Of a DNA stretch of 64,000 bases, positions 61,798 to 64,000 are shown one piece after another (positions within the stretch are counted from its first letter, which is position 1; each line of letters starts with the position of its first letter). The DNA is taken from positions 6,138,001 through 6,202,000 of the forward strand of contig CM035350.1 of the NCBI GenBank assembly GCA_020137815.1, in the 5' to 3' direction. The notes under the pieces were generated by a model. That model did not search any database, was not told where the DNA came from, and was given only the letters and a program-made list of their open reading frames with translations. Origin of the DNA: Hormiphora californensis (lineage: Eukaryota; Animalia; Ctenophora). Both the position numbers and the translations under genes were made by a program.

Positions 61798-64000
61798 CTA
61801 GTTTGAAGTTTCTGCAATTTCCGCGGATCTTTCCTGTTGAACTTGTCCTGAGTTGGAGATCGCAGGTCTTTCCCGTTGTACTTGTTCTCTATTGGAAGGT
61901 GCCCTCAATGGTTGGAACATTGTCAACAATTTGCCTACCTTTGCCGCGATTATGTTGCTGTATAACAAGGGATTCAGCACCGAGTTGAGGGGGAGGATAT
62001 TGAGGGAAAAGATCTGGTACCACGGTGACATATCCACAACCTCGGCCGTGTGGAGGGCACAACAAATCAGGAACGGCATCCAGCAGCAGAAGTCGGTGAA
62101 GCAAATCAAAGTAACTTTACGGCCAAGTGATGATGAACTTGAGTTCTGGACACTCGTTTTTTTGGAGAGGATCGCTATCAGAATATGGCATATGGCTACA
62201 GCTACAAAACATAATAAATGGAAGCTAAGGTAAAGCCACACGTAGCCTGCCTGTGGGTCATCAGGGAGGACAAACGCCTTGAACATACACACTGGGTCAT
62301 TCCCATAGAACGAGAGTTTTGTGCCACTGGTTGATCCGTTGTAATCGCGAGAAAACATCTCAGAAACCATATTTTGAAGTACATTCCAAGAGACGGAAGT
62401 ACCGGCTGATTCACTAGACCCGTGATTCCCATGATAGACACGAACAATATTCAAAAGTTGTTTTTTGCCCGTCACTCCGAGGAACAATGGAATATCCTGA
62501 TATATCAACCCATTGACAAACCAGTCATCTAAATCATCGATAAGAGGTAGGACAGCCACACCAACGGCAAAAACTATAACACCACCAAGGATCAACGTTA
62601 GCTTCATTTTAAGTTTCGTAGTAACTTCCTCAGACCGCCGGTATCGTAGTGCTTGCAAGGTACCTTGAAGTCTAAAACAGCTGACTAATGCCATAACCAG
62701 GGAGGAGATCGTCCCGCCAGTGGTATTGAGAACACCAATCATTTCACATGTTCGTCCTCCCATCCACTCAAACTGCCTTTCACAAAACTCCAAACCTATG
62801 TAGTAGTGTATGTAGGTAAGGGTCAGGAGATAGATTGATGTTAGGAGATCTCCACAAGATATGGCGAGAACCATGACATTGTTCACGTATTTTCCAGTCT
62901 TTCTTGAGTCACGTATCTCCCAAAAAGCCTCGTATGCACTGGCTAAACTGAGTAATGCACCTACTACCCCCATGATAGGTCGATATGACCAATATACCAT
63001 CGATCATGACGAGTTTCCTCATACATTGATCGTTACATTCGTCGGATAGGTCAGCACAGTCAATCTTCCCATCGCATTGCTGATCCACGGTCAGGATACC
63101 AGAGCCGTTTGAACATTGGAAGTTGTTAATACACTTCTCCTCATCCGATCTGTCTCCACAATCATCAACCAGATCACATACTTTCTCAAACAGGATGCAA
63201 TTAGTGTTTTTACATACGAAAAAGTTGTTGTGGTATTTATCCCGAACTTTTTCGTCACCGTAAGGGAATTCAACCCAAGGTTAAGAGAGAAAATTGTGTG
63301 TCTCAAGTTGGGGCATGCACTTTGGTGAACCGGCCGTTTCAGGGGACACTCTGTGTTGAAACATAGGCCCGAACAACTGTGGTAGACATATTCTTCTCCG
63401 TATAGATACCTGCAATCTTGTTTCTCGCTCAGAAGTACTAATTCGGTAGTAAAGTTCTTCCCGAAAAAACATATGAAATGGGTGGCTGAATATTGTAGAG
63501 TTACATTTTTGACCTTTTAGGCGAAGGAGGTTCTCTAGTCCATTGGTGCACACGACGCTTTTCAAAGTCTGTCCATTAAGTGTTTTGCTCAGAATCAACT
63601 TTCGAGAGACCACGACTTTTCCAGCATTACATACACCTTCATCGCATTTGTTGGGAAAAGAACAAAGAAACCCTAACTCCAAAAATCTTGTCCTATCTTC
63701 CTTACAAAGAAATACATCCGAGCATTGATGGGCCAGGTATTTGACCCGTGTTCTTGTCCCTTTGCCACATGTTTCCCAATCTTTCCGTTCATCTTGTCCA
63801 TCCAAACAATCAATCACCCCATCTTGGACCCATTCTACGGGTATCGGGAGGAGCCCTTCGTTCTGACTGAAACTACGAACACACGTTTGTTTGGTCAGTT
63901 TGGAACACAGCTCCATTTTCTCGTCCGCTCCCTCAGCACAGTCCGCTCGACTGTTGCACAGCAAGTGTTTCTGGATGGTACATTGCCGGTTGATCGTAGG
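61798..64000 (-). CDS. Intronless LDLa-repeat rhodopsin-family GPCR (GRL101/LGR-related, no LRRs seen before TM1); 5' end outside the window; about 3 frameshifts
   Basis: LDLa motifs (DCAEGADE, DGVIDCLDGQDE, CDLVDDCGDRSDE, CDGKIDCADLSDE) followed by a 7TM region with LAISCGDLLTSIYL, TDFCCWMPF and LPLNSVLNPLLY. Confidence 0.85.

Overview
Gene-dense eukaryotic (animal) genomic DNA with short GT-AG introns and many (TC)n/(GA)n microsatellites. It is very probably from a ctenophore: two copies of a sequence matching the ctenophore trans-spliced leader (SL, recalled from the literature) are present and genes are nested in introns. Bases 1-2050 are homopolymer-smeared low-quality sequence. Genes in order: SSRP1 (+, 5'-truncated) with a PP1 glycogen-targeting subunit nested antisense in one intron; a C2H2 zinc-finger gene (+); a coiled-coil protein (+); CPSF1 (-) hosting an F-box/WD40 gene and a CAP/SCP gene in its introns; a tight co-directional run PGAP2-TMEM260-RPP21-claudin-like (+); STPG2 (-); an SVOP-like MFS transporter (+); CEP41 (-); and an LDLa-repeat GPCR (-). 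Several non-autonomous TIR elements occur (TA, TTAA and 8-bp target duplications). The most striking finding is a 1.2-kb retroposon at 42356-43569 (-). It begins with the spliced leader, encodes only an intact LINE ORF1-like protein, ends in a (TATTG)n tail and sits in a TG microsatellite. A second SL copy (6958-7000) is fused to a short hammerhead-like, A-tailed sequence. Together they suggest that SL trans-spliced RNAs are being retroposed in this genome. All identifications are by eye; no searches were run.
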